Part shown: positions 49,720 through 61,828 of the stretch, piece by piece
How the letters are laid out: each line of letters starts with the position of its first letter
Numbering within the stretch: position 1 is the first letter of the stretch
Translations under genes and position numbers: made by a program
DNA from: Octopus sinensis
Taxonomy: Eukaryota
Length of the DNA stretch: 64,000 nt
Assembly (NCBI RefSeq): GCF_006345805.1
Contig: NC_043022.1
Coordinates: 21,886,001-21,950,000, forward strand
Direction of reading: 5' to 3'
The notes under the pieces: generated by a model
Databases searched by the model: none
Told to the model about the DNA's origin: nothing
The model's input: the letters and a program-made list of their open reading frames with translations, nothing else

Positions 49720-50780
49720 GTCCACAGATATTGCAGACAAAGCGTCCTCCATTCACTACACTGGCAAGTTATTTTTGAGCAGCTTGCTTAAATCCTGCAT
49801 AAAAACTGTGACTTTTCTCCACTCGTGGCAACGACAAGCAATGCTCTCCCAATTGACCTTCAACAATTCACATGTTTTCAACAAGGACTTTACACAATCC
49901 TTATATTGTAGCCTCGGTCTCTGCTGGGGATGCTTTTCACAAGCAAGTTCACCATACATACAAGTATCTGCTTAAGGATCCCTTTATTGTTCATCTGAAC
50001 AAGATGTCCAGTCCAACATAAATAGTACTTGTGTGCCACCACCTCATGAGCTCTGTGTCTGGAGCCTGCAAGGACCAGCCAAATTTTCAGAATGTGTCTC
50101 AACCATCTCTGATGGAAGCATTCAACGGCCTTTCAATGATATTTCATCATCCAAGGAGTGAGAACAGCTGAGTTTGCTGCTCAGGTTGACAAACTTATCT
50201 ACCACCTTCAGCACTGTTTCTTCAACTATAATAGATGGTTTCCTGGTGCAGGCTCGAACATTACAACAGTCTTGTCCGAGGTAATGCTGAGTCCAAATAT
50301 CTCACAAGGTACAGAAATATGATTCATGAGAATTTGCATATCTTCAACTGTACGAGCAGCTAAGTTGCAATCATTCACATAAAGGAGGTCATGAATAATG
50401 GACTGAAAATATTTTGAATTGGCAGCAAATAGATGTAAGTTGAAGGGATGACCAGAAGTTCGATACCTCACATATATCCCAGAAGAATACTCCACAGCAA
50501 AAGCATAAGTGAGAGTAACAACAAAATACAAGGAAAGGAAAGATGGGGCAAGGATATTCCTTGCATGACACCATTCTCTACATGCCACCACCAACACTAC
50601 CTCATGCCTCCAAGCCACTATGACATCATTTATTTATCAATATAAAGTGACATGGACAACCAAGTTTGTTGAGTATTTTTCACAAGGCAGTATTCACAGT
50701 ATTGAAGGTTTGGGTTAAATCAAGGAAAACCTGGACAAGATCCATATTCTGCTCACAGCACTTGCCCTGCATCTGTCATG
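49720..50780 (-). mobile_element. Degenerate RTE/BovB-like LINE (RT domain to C-terminus)
   Basis: LLYVNDCNL (YADD-like)...FGLSITSDKTVVM; WTGHLVQM...KQIL..YGEL....RPRLQYKD; FLDLTQTFNTV near 50720. Several frameshifts. Confidence 0.88.
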
Positions 50781-50822
50781 CTGTGAAAATTATATCCATT
50801 ATATATATATATATTTTTTTTT

Positions 50823-51260
50823 TTATATATAGAGGGCATTATATATCTACCTGACAATTTCTTGTTAAGTTTTCCTTATTAAGTAGTTGTCCTTAATTGC
50901 TAAATTTTTATTCCGAAAAAACTTTTCCTCTCCCGAAATGCAATTCGTAAAAGTTTGCCATTTACCCGGATGTAATATATGTAAACTCACCCATGTGCTT
51001 CGTTGATGTTGGTCAGTTAGCTGATCGGCTTAAGCGGGGCAGGGTCGTTGTTTATTTATAATACATTCAGGCCTGCTGATGATTACGTAAGTATGAAATC
51101 ACTGTGATACAGGTCTATATTTTTAAATGTCTTACTTTGAAAAATTGCATTCGGTGGGATTAGTAATATTTTTGGTAGAAATGACTGATTGTCCCTCTTA
51201 GCGTTTGGCATGTATGTATAATGCCTTCTGGCATGTATATATAATGCCCTCTATATATAA
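50823..51260. mobile_element. MITE-like element with ~23-bp TIRs
   Basis: ttatatatagagggcattatata / tatataatgccctctatatataa, plus an internal subterminal inverted repeat. Confidence 0.65.
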
Positions 51261-51379
51261 ATTAATATGTTCAATAAGAAATAATTATTTTCGAAATTTT
51301 TTCTCTTATGAGGTTTTTACGCTATCTACCTGACAATTTCTTGTTAAGTTTTCCTTATTAAGTAGTTGTCCTTAATTGC

Positions 51380-51418
<39 letters not shown>

Positions 51419-51964
51419 GAGAGAGAATCTTATATTAAATTTCTGAGCGAATATAAACATTAGCAGTACAGAACTGTAACATATATCTGCCAACTAAGTA
51501 TGGCGTCCTATACAGGGCAGTGCTACTGATGTTTATATATATATATACACACACACACATACATACATACATATTAGTTTTAAGTCCCTTTTACCATGAT
51601 GGAACATATTGAGGCAGCAGGTTTTCTATGGCTGGATGCCCTTCCTGTTGCCAACCCTCACTTGTTTCCAAGTAAGGTAATATTTCCCAGTGTTCAGACA
51701 AATTCCTGCAGTATATTAGACATGAATAATACAATCATTTACCACCTCACATGATATCAAGACACAAACACACACACACGATGGGCTTCTTTCAGTTTCC
51801 ATCTGCCAAATCCATTCAGAAGGCTTTGTTTGCCCTGGAGCTATTGTAGAAGACACTTGTCCAAGGTGCTGCATATTGAGACTGAACCTAGAACCATATG
51901 GTTGTGAAGCAAACTTCTTAACCACACAGCCATACCAGCACCTATACATGTTTAAGTGTATGTG

Positions 51965-52220
51965 CATGTGTATGTGAAAGGTAGGAGAGTCCAGTTTGCT
52001 GGACATTGTTGCAGAGCTGAAAAAGAAGTAATTTCTGCTCTTCTCCTCTGGAAGCCATCTACTCGCAATACCAGAGGGCGCACACTCTCCTACCCTGATG
52101 TAATCTCCAGGGATACAGGCATCCAGCAACAGGACCTCCGTAATGCCATGATGGACCGTGAAGTCTGGCGTAGCATGGTAAATTCCATTGTTTCGACCAC
52201 GGTCGAACAATGATGATGAT
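51965..52220 (+). mobile_element. RTE-X-like LINE 3' end with a (TGA)n tail
   Basis: RRVQFAGHCCR...LLLWKP...GRTLSYPDVISRDTG....DL..AMMDREVWR, then TGA repeats. Confidence 0.82.
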
Positions 52221-52287
52221 ATAAGGACACATGCACACCTGTCAATACACTTACAGGAATATGAATGATAGATAACTGCCAACTCAC

Positions 52288-52425
52288 CTCTAACCGGTGT
52301 CTTGTTGAAGTCTCGAGTTCCAGCTTTGACTCTACCTCTCTCACTTTACTCTCCAGTCGCGATACCTGTGTCTTACTTACAGTTTGGTCTTCGTTAGACT
52401 CTACTTTGGTGGTCAAACTGGAAAT
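52288..52425 (-). CDS. MYO18A: Myosin XVIII exon (ISSLTTKVESNEDQTVSKTQVSRLESKVREVESKLELETSTRHRLE)
   Basis: atttgtAG / GAG|GTGAGT, 138 nt. VSR.E.K.RE.E..LE.E motif. Confidence 0.92.
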
Positions 52426-52658
52426 CTACAAATAAAAGAAAATAACAGCTACACTTTACAATGTACATGTGAGTGTGACAAAGTGTGACAAGGTGTGAAG
52501 ATGACTCTAACCATATACAAGGGGCTGCTGAAAAGTTCCTGGTTTTAAGGGTATCGTGAAAGGGCCTGGCTGGAGGCCCAACCTTCCGAGTTTTTTTTAA
52601 GGGCTTAGGAAAACTGAAAGAATGCTGCAATAAGTGAGTGAATCTGAGAGAGGAATAT

Positions 52659-52867
52659 ACTCTTTTACTTGTTTCAGTCATTTGACTGCGGCCATGCTGG
52701 AGCACCGCCTTTAGTCGAGCAAATCGACCCCGGGACTTATTCTTTGTAAGCCCAGTACTTATTCTATCGGTCTCTTTTTGCCGAACCGCTAAGTGACGGT
52801 GACATAAACACACCAGCATCGGTTGTCAAGCAATGCTAGAGGGACAAACACAGACACACAAACATAT

Positions 52868-52914
<47 letters not shown>

Positions 52915-53082
52915 TACGACAGGCTTCTTTCAGTTTCCGTCTACCAAATCCACTCACAAGGCTTTGGTCGGCCCGGGACTATAGCAGAAGACACTTGCCC
53001 AAGATGCCACGCAGTGGGACTGAACCCAGAACCATGTGGTTGGTAAGCAAGCTACTTACCACACAGCCACTCCTGCGCCTAT
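52659..53082 (-). mobile_element. SINE family A copy
   Basis: Reverse complement match to family A. Confidence 0.9.
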
Positions 53083-54275
53083 GTTGAACAAACTCACAAT
53101 TAACAACTGATCTTCATGTATTTTCTTTCACTCAAAGCTAGGACCCTCTCATAAATGTGCCAGTAAACAGGTAGCCGTATTGACCTATTTACAAAAAGTT
53201 AAATATGCCTATAAACAGATGTAACTGTAAACTAATAGTTCAGACCATAAACACATACATGTACCCATAAAAAACGCAAGTGGAGAACCTATAAAGGCAT
53301 AGGTGTGCCAGTAAAAAAGATGTGCTAATAAACAGAGTGAGGTACCTGTAAACAGGGAGATGTCCTTAAGAAGGCAGATGTGTTTGTAATTATACAGGTG
53401 TGTATAGACACATCAACCTAATAGGTAGATGTGTCTATGCTAAGGGAAGTATGTTTATGATTATGTATAAATCAATTCGATGACTGGCATTCGTGCTAGC
53501 GGGGTGCAAAGAGCCCCATATGAGTGTGATCGTTGACAGAGCGGCTATTCGAGTATGATCGTTACCAGCGTCGCCTTACTGGCACTTATGCCTGTGCTAG
53601 TAGGGTGCCAAGAACACCATCCGAGCGTGATCGTTGTGATCTTTGCCAGAACAGCCAACTGGCTTCAGTACCCGTGGCACGTATAGGGCACCATTCAAGC
53701 GTGATCGTTACCAGTGCCGCCTGACTGGCCCCCGTGCCAGTGGCATGTAAAAAGCACCCACTACACTCTCGGAGTAGTTGGTGTTAGGAAGGGCATCCAG
53801 CTGTAGAAACTCTGCCAGATCAAGATTGGAGCCTGGTGCAGCCATCTGGCTCGCCAGCCCTCAGTCAAAATCGTCCAACCCATGCTAGCATGGAAAGCGG
53901 ACGTTAAACAATGATGATGATGATGATAATGTCTCTAATTAGGCAGGTGTATTTGTAATGAGATGGTTGCATCTTTATCAGAGTGCATGTACTGATATCT
54001 GGGTAGGTGAGTCTGTAACAAGTTAGGTGTGTTTAGGCAGTACCCCAGTATGGCAACAGTCTAATGACTGAAACAAGTAAAAAAAATATGTCTATAACTA
54101 AATAAATGTATTTATTACAATGTAGGGGTGTCTACAATGCAGGTTTGTCTATGAAAAGCTAGGTGCAACCATAAGAATGGTGATTAGAGACATTTAGTCT
54201 TATACAGAGAATCAAAGAAACATTTAATTTAACAAAGCAGATAAAGAATACGACAATAAAAGCCTTTTTGCTTAC

Positions 54276-54359
54276 TTCAGACTTCAGTTTCTCATTCTCA
54301 GCTTGAAGTTCATCATTATGTCGGAGATGTTCTGATATTGTCATCTGATCAAGTGCTTG
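54276..54359 (-). CDS. MYO18A: Myosin XVIII exon (QALDQMTISEHLRHNDELQAENEKLKSE)
   Basis: atttgtAG / GAA|GTAAGC, 84 nt, in frame with its neighbours, heptad pattern. Confidence 0.88.
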
Positions 54360-55999
54360 CTACAAATTAAGAAAAGCACAACAATAAACAAATATGAACA
54401 TGCAATAATAACTATGTCAATCTACAGAAATACATACATTTTATTTTGTCTTTTCCTCTTCTCTCCTTGAGGTGTATGAACATTTAATGTGGTTTTAGAG
54501 TCAGATTCTGGCTGCTATTTTCAGCATGGCGGTATCTCGTAGATACCCTAAGTTATAATTTTAATAATAATTATTACCGTTGAAGGTTTATATTTCCATG
54601 CTAGCCACTTGATAAGATCGATATTTAATTTAAATTAACAATCTTATCCTTAATCTAATTCATCCAGTAATATTCTCACGCAAATTTGTCTGATCTCTAG
54701 TGGTTAAGCTGTTTATTATTATTATTATTAGTATTATCCCTTTGACCCCCAGTCGACAATTTGTTTATTAGTATTATTATTTCGCCTCATATTGCATATT
54801 CTGTATAATTTATTAGTTATTGTTGACCATCGGTTTCCGGCCTCGTGTCTCGCTAAATACAGAATAGATATTTAAGTTTCTCCATACAGGATTTTTTCAA
54901 TGGCGGCCGATTTTCGCGGGGTTCCACTATTCCCTTCTCTCTCTCCCTCTTTTATGTTGTCTGCCCTCCCCCCCTTCCTTTCCCCCCTTCCATTGCTAAG
55001 AGCATTTTTAAGCCAGCCTGTCAATTCAACCTTCGCATATTCCCGGTGCACCCGCCCTTGCCCACCCCCACCACCATACCGGATATCTCTATATTTTTGC
55101 TCCATCTATACCGGATGTCGCTTCTCCCACCACCATTATAGGTGTCTACTCTTCGAACCCCCCTCTTCAATACGCTATTTCACCATGCATTACCCCTCTC
55201 GTGATATCCTACGTTCTACTTGTCTAGAACCTGTCATCGTTTCTCCGAACACCCCTCCCCACTGGTGCTCCCCTATATTTCTGCACCCTCCCCCCCACAT
55301 AAAAAGCACCATCCGAATGTGGCCGATGCCAGCACCGCCCCGACTGGCTTCTGTGCAGGTGGCACATAAAAAGCACCAACTGACCGTGGCCGATGCCAGA
55401 CCCCTCTGGCACCTGTGCAGGTGGCACGTAAAAAGCACCCACTACACTCGCGGAGTGGTTGGCGTTAGGAAGGGCATCCAGCTGTAGAAACACTGCCAGA
55501 CCAGACTGGAGCCTGGGGCAGCCCCTGGCTCCCCAGACCCCGGTCGAAACCGTCCAACCCGTGCTAGCGCGGAAAACGGACGTTAAACGATGATGATGAT
55601 GATGATGATGATACAATAGGTTTGTAGAAATAGTATCCACTATATCTGACTTGGATGTATTAGACTCATGAAGGATAGCAGAGCAGTGATTTATCAACTA
55701 GAGAGAGAAGAAAATATGCAGTCTCCCAAAGGACTTTTGAGAAGATATATCCCATCTTCTTCTCCAGTTGGTAGCATAAAATATGAGCTGAGTCAAGCTG
55801 TTTCTTTCTCCTCAAGCATATTAATCCATTCAAGAATTAAATTCTTAATTCAAGGTATTATCTTCAGTTTCAATCAGATTTGGTAAGTCATTAGATTTTA
55901 ATTTTCCTTCTCTGTCTCAGAGGGAAATTCAAAAGCCTTAAGGATTCACTGTGTAAGGCATTTTGTATTCTGCTTCACATATGTGCATGCATGTGTCGT

Positions 56000-56527
56000 A
56001 GCACTCCGTTGGTTATGATGACGAGGGTTCCAGTTGATCCGATCAACGGAACAGCCAGCTTGTGGAATTAACGTGCAAGTGGTTGAGCACTCCACAGACA
56101 TGTGTATCCTTAACATAGTTCTCAGGGAGATTCAGCCTGCTTGTGAAATTAACGTGCAAGTGGTTGAGCACTCCACAGACACGTGTATCCTTAACATAGT
56201 TCTCAGGGAGATTCAGCCTGCTTGTGAAATTAACGTGCAAGTGGTTGAGCACTCCACAGACATGTGTACCCTTAACATAGTTCTCGGGGAGATTCAGCAC
56301 GACAAAGCTGGCCCGTTGAAATACATGTACAATAGAACAGGAAGAAAGAATGAGAGAAAGTTGTAGTGAAAGAGTACAGCAGGGTTCGCCACCACCCCCT
56401 GCCAGAGCCTCGAGGCGCTTTAGGTGTTTCTGCTCAATAAACACTCACAATGCCCGGTCTGGGAATTGAAACTGTGACCCTATGACTGCAAGTCTGCTGC
56501 CCTAACCACCGGGCCATTGCACCTCCA
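56000..56527 (-). mobile_element. SINE family C (tail type iii) with an internal 81-bp triplication
   Basis: Repeat units start at 56058, 56139 and 56220. Confidence 0.85.
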
Positions 56528-56758
56528 TCGTATGTGTGTAAAGGTGTGAAGTGAGTATAGAGATGAGAGATAGGTATAAGGTTTGGAGTAACTACAGATG
56601 TGGAATAACTAGAGTAAAATGAGACAAGTGGAAAGATGAGGAGTAAAAAAAAAAAAGAGGTGTTGGGTTATGTATAGAGAGGGGGAATAAGGGTGGAGAC
56701 ATGGCGGAAAAGTGTGTGGGTGTGTGTGGGGGGAAGGATAAAATAAAAATTAACCAAC

Positions 56759-56875
56759 CTGACGGACAGCTGCTTTGTATTTGGCCATTATTTCGTTCAT
56801 GTCTTCTTCAGCCTCTTCTGTCCGACTCTGGACATCCGTCAACTCCCGCAACACTGTCATGTAACGTGTCTCAGC
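56759..56875 (-). CDS. MYO18A: Myosin XVIII exon (AETRYMTVLRELTDVQSRTEEAEEDMNEIMAKYKAAVRQ)
   Basis: ccttgtacAG / CAG|GTTGGT, 117 nt. EDMNE.M.K.KAAV.Q motif. Not in the ORF track. Confidence 0.92.
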
Positions 56876-57239
56876 CTGTACAAGGTCAAAGATAGACATT
56901 TCAAATATTTAACAGAAGCGATGATATTATTTCTGGTTGAAATGAATAGACAACTTACCTTCTATAGTGTAGCATGGGTAGATTACTCTAATGGTGGGCA
57001 GGTGTCACAGGTAAGTAGTTTGTGTATATATATATATATATATATTCACACGCACATACATACTCTCTTATACACACACGCACCTTTGTGTTGGGGGCAC
57101 CTTCGTATTGGAAGTTACTTGACCCTGTTATCTCCCCTACTGTCCCTCTCGTGTCTGACCACTGTCCGAAGTCAGGATGCCACGATAGATCGTTAGCTCC
57201 TACACACATTTTTTTCTCTCCTTGTTTATTTCTGTGTGT

Positions 57240-57275
57240 CTTTCTGTTGAAGAGCATAGGCTCGAAACGTAAAAG
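57240..57275 (+). ncRNA. Minimal type I hammerhead-like motif (A6U variant) in a different short repeat (about 57083-57300)
   Basis: CUUU-CUGUUGA-A-GAGC-AUAG-GCUC-GAAA-CGUA-AAAG. Stems I and II pair perfectly. Confidence 0.55.
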
Positions 57276-57486
57276 GCTTTTTCTATTCCTGAGCGCTATA
57301 CGCACACATACACACACGGCAGTAACTTCCGCCTACCGAATTCAATCACAAAGCTTCGGTCGGCTCGGGGCTATAGTGGAAGACACCTACCCAAAGTGCC
57401 ACGCAGTGGGACTGAACCCGAAACCATGTAGCTAGGAAGCAAGCTCCCTAACCACACAGCCATATAAATATATACTCTCTCTCTTT

Positions 57487-57899
57487 TTACTCTTTTACTT
57501 GTTTCAGTCAGTTGACTGCGGCCATGCTGGAGCACCGCCTTTAGTCGAGCAAATTGACCCCGGGACTAATTCTTTGTAAGCCCAGTACTTTTTCTATCGG
57601 TCTCTTTTGACGAACCGCTAAGTGACGGGGACGTAAACACACCAGCATCGGTTGTCAAGCAATGCTAGAGGGACAAACACAGACACACAAACATACATAC
57701 ACACAAACACACACATATATATATATATACACATATATACGACAGGCTTCTTTCAGTTTCCGTCTACCAAATCCACTCACAAGGCTTTGGTCGGCCCGAG
57801 GCTATAGCAGAAGACACTTGCCCAAGATGCCACGCAGTGGACTGAACCCGGAACCATGTGGTTGGTTAGCAAGCTACTTACCACACAGCCACTCCTGCG

Positions 57900-57902
<3 letters not shown>
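57487..57902 (-). mobile_element. SINE family A copy
   Basis: Reverse complement match to family A. Confidence 0.9.
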
Positions 57903-57952
<50 letters not shown>

Positions 57953-58026
57953 TATATCCAAAAGCAGTGCAATAAAATGATATAAAAGCGGGACCATGGT
58001 GATCTGGGATGTGACAAAATACTTAC

Positions 58027-58140
58027 ATCTTGTTTTCCTTTCGACATCTCTTCAAGCTGCTGTTGTAGTTCTTCCAGCTCTATTTCTAGATTCTTCTTAG
58101 CTTTCACAGCAGAGGCAGCAGTAAAGGCTGCGTCTTCCAA
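58027..58140 (-). CDS. MYO18A: Myosin XVIII exon (LEDAAFTAASAVKAKKNLEIELEELQQQLEEMSKGKQD)
   Basis: gtttcAG / GAT|GTAAGT, 114 nt. A.AVKA.K..E.E.E.L motif. Confidence 0.93.
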
Positions 58141-58586
58141 CTGAAACACACATAAGAGAAACCTGAATGGTCACTGGAAGGAAATGTTGATAACTGCCAT
58201 TCTAACTTTACTATAACAAAACACCACCTTCTTTTCTCTCTCCATCAACGATTATAACCAGAACATCATCATCATAATTATCACCATCATTTAATGTCTT
58301 GTTGTCAGACTGCCCTTATGAATGCCCAGCATCAAATACTGTCTATGTAATCTCAAATTTTAAAATAAACTCACAATTTTCTTATGTTTCCTTAAACATT
58401 CTCTAGAACAATACTATATGCAAAATCAAATATATGACGATACAGTTCTATATTTAAGAGATGAGGAATTATGTACATTATGTATGACGACAACGATGAC
58501 AACAACAACAACTATGACGTGTCATAAATCATCCCTAGCAATCAGATAGTTTAGTTTTGTTAGACTGAAAGAAGCACAGCTCTTAC

Positions 58587-58714
58587 CTGATTCCTCAGTT
58601 GACGTATTGTTGCTTTAGAGCTTTCAGTACTTTGCTGTTTCTGAATAACAATTTCGGCATCTCGGAGGAGGGCTTTGGTACGACGAAGATCTTTTTTCAG
58701 TTTCCTTTCATTAT
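58587..58714 (-). CDS. MYO18A: Myosin XVIII exon (DNERKLKKDLRRTKALLRDAEIVIQKQQSTESSKATIRQLRNQ)
   Basis: ttctcAG / CAG|GTAAGA, 128 nt, phase 1 to 0. KDL.RTKALL.DA motif. Confidence 0.93.
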
Positions 58715-58804
58715 CTGAGAACGGAAGCAGAGAAACAAAGATGACATTACCGAAACAAACTCCCAAAAACCTTTAAGAAGAAATGCTCCCTTATGAAGTT
58801 CCAG

Positions 58805-59100
58805 ATTAGGGTCATTGCAAGGTGTATCTACACCTTCTCCCAACTCCACTTCCCAACTGGCGGAAACACGCGGGCGGGCAGCTGAAGACCTGGATTACGA
58901 CGATCAAGGAGGACCTCTCCGTGCTCACGGGACCGCAGGTGGTCGGCCTGTGCTGATGGAACCGTGACTGGCTTGCTATCTCCAGTGAACTGATGCAGGA
59001 CCGTCATGCGTGGGCTGCCATGGTTCGAGATGCCTCGAGGGTGGTAGAAGAAGCCGACTCAACCCGCCCAGGGTGAATGTTGCCACAAGTACAAGTAAGT
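58805..59100 (+). mobile_element. RTE-clade LINE 3' end with a (CAAGTA)n tail
   Basis: WRKHAGGQLKTWITTIKEDL...QDRHAWAAMVRDA, then caagtacaagtaagt. Confidence 0.8.
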
Positions 59101-60747
59101 ATCTAGGGATGTGATTGGAGTCAACCAAGGTCACTGTACCCATTTAGGCACGTATATAATACTGTTAAATCAGGGTCATTGTATCCTGTATGTATGGATG
59201 TAATGGGGTCAAACAAACAAAACTTTGTTAGTCTAACTCACAGTCTGGTCATGGTTGAATGAAGTTACATTGAAATTCTTTTGATTTATAACAGCAGATT
59301 AAAATTTCATTGTAGCTGATCCTGACACTGACCACTAGTACAGGTAACAATGACACACTACTTTTGTTATCAGATCATAAGAAATACTGACTATATAACG
59401 GTTACTGCTGGAATGCTAAGGATAATTTGTATTTTTTTTTCTGTCAGCAAGTGGTTCTTGAGTTGTACAAGTGTTTATCACCATAATCCAATTATGTACA
59501 AATGTCTTTTATAGGTGACCTTTTGCAAGGTCTCTGAGATTGGTAAGTGATAAGGAAGCAGTTATTCTCAGGCCAGTGACCTGTCTAACTCTAACAGCCA
59601 GTCCAAAGTCCAGTTGAGAAAGGAGAGTGATAGGTGTCATCATCATCATTGTTTAGCGTCCGCTTTCCATGCTGGCATGGGTTGGACGGTGCAACTGGGG
59701 TCTGGGAAGCCAGAAGGCTGCACCAGGCCCAGTCTGATCTGGCAATGTTTCTATGGCTGGATGCCCTTCCTAATGCCAACCACTCCATGAGTGGTGTAGG
59801 TTTAGTAATCCTGCACTGTCAGGTGTCTGCAATGTTACAGAAATGCCAACAAGAGAATTATATGTCATTGTGAGGAGAGGTAGTTGTCAGAGACCACACC
59901 TGAGCAATGTAGTGAAAGATGAAAGGAAGCTACAATATGAAACAACCTTCTCTCACCAAGGCAGAACAAAAACAAATATGGAAAAAGGTTCACAGAAACT
60001 GAAGCACTGGCAGGCAGCTATACCAGGGGGCCAATTGCAATTCATTGTTAAAAACTGAAACAGATGAAGATCTTTTGTTGGCACCCGATACTTCACATGA
60101 AGTCAAAGGAATTAATGAATGATTGCAAGACCTCCTATCCAGAGGGATTGCAACAAAGTGGACACCACTAAAGAAGTCCATGGGCCAGTCAGTGGCGTGA
60201 AACTGGATGATAGATTAAGTATGTCAGTTACCACACACAATCTCTTTCACTCTCTCTCTTTCCTTCATACTTCCTCTTTGTCCTCCTCTCTATCGCTTTG
60301 CCACTCACTTCTTCTTTGAAGTAAGTGTGACACACACACCACAGGTACATACAAAAAGAATAAAGATAATCCTTTCTACTACAGGCACTGTTAACTGAAT
60401 TTTAGCCATGTTGTCAGTAATCCAGATGACCGAACTCTCAGGTACTGTGGTTTACATGAACTTAAGAAATGAATAGAAGTAGTTTACAATAGCTGCTTAG
60501 AAACATTGACTATTTGGGGCCAGCTTGGAAAAAGACAGAGACCAGGAGGTACCAACACATAAAATATTGACCAAGTAGGACAAACCTAGGGGAAATGACC
60601 ATGTGGGAGCAACTCAGAGAAAGTCACTGATCATGTTATACCAACATGGACAAAGCACCAACCATGAGATGTGATCAGTTCATCTACAAGATTTTAGTAA
60701 CAGGTTTGTTCTCCCATCAAGAGTACAAACAACCATTGAATAATTAC

Positions 60748-60871
60748 CACTGTTGTTCTGGACACCTTGTGTCATCATCTCTTGGACTTGTCGTTCAAGT
60801 TCACGCTTGTCCTGCATCAACAATCTCTTGTCATCGTACTCTTCTTCTAGTTGACTCTCCAACTGTTTCAG
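60748..60871 (-). CDS. MYO18A: Myosin XVIII exon (LKQLESQLEEEYDDKRLLMQDKRELERQVQEMMTQGVQNNS)
   Basis: ttttAG / G|GTAATT, 124 nt, ends in phase 1. QLEEEY.DK...KRELE motif. Confidence 0.92.
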
Positions 60872-61781
60872 CTAAAACAGACACAAAACATGTGTTACAT
60901 GGGAAAAATACAACATACATTAAACATGGTACTGGGTATATAAATATATATATATATATATATATAAACGCTACATTAATGGGAAATATATATAAGATAC
61001 ATTAACATGAGATATAGAAGCTGTTAACAAGGTTAACAGAAGTTATATTAACATAAGATATGCAGAACCGACATTAACATACGAGACTGAAGTGACCAAC
61101 ATTACCATGGGAAATAACATGGAAAATGCAAAAACTAAAGGCAATATTCATCAACCTGAGTCCATGGGAGAAGATACTTGCCCAAGATGCCAATGTGTAT
61201 ATGTATCTACTTTTTTGCGATGTGATAAACATTTAAAAATACAAAACGAATGCCGTCACCACACACTGTCTCTTTCACTCTCTCTCTCTCGTTTTGCCAC
61301 TCACTTCTTCTTTGAAGTAAGTGTGACACACACCACAGGTACATACAAAAAGAATAAAGATAATCCTTTCTACTATAGGCACAAGACCTGAAATTTGGGA
61401 GAAGGAAATATATCAATTACATTGATCCCCCCAGTGATCAAATGGTACTTATTTTATCAACCCCAACAGGATGAAAAGCAAAGACAACTCAGTGGCATTT
61501 GAACTCAGAACATATAGTGGGAAGGAATGCCACTAAATATTTTGCCTGGTATGGTAATAATAATAATGGTTTCAAATTTTGGCACAAGGCCAACAATTTC
61601 AAGTGAGAGAGTAAGTCAATTACGTTGGCCCCCATTGTTCAACTGGTACTTATTTTATTGATCATGAAAAGATGAAAGACAAAGTCAACCTCGACAGAAT
61701 TTGAACTCTGAACAGTGACAGATGCAATGTCACTAAGCATTTTGCCTAGCATGTTAATGATTCTGCCAGCTCGCTGCCTTA

Positions 61782-61828
<47 letters not shown>

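Noticed and set aside
54900-55487. 195-aa ORF as a gene
   Set aside because: Low-complexity Pro/Ser/Leu content, the last third is RTE-tail sequence, and there is no recognisable domain
56958-57015. Strong donor-like sites on both strands near a myosin exon
   Set aside because: The only plausible minus-strand micro-exon is 29 nt and would break the frame; the conserved protein is continuous without it
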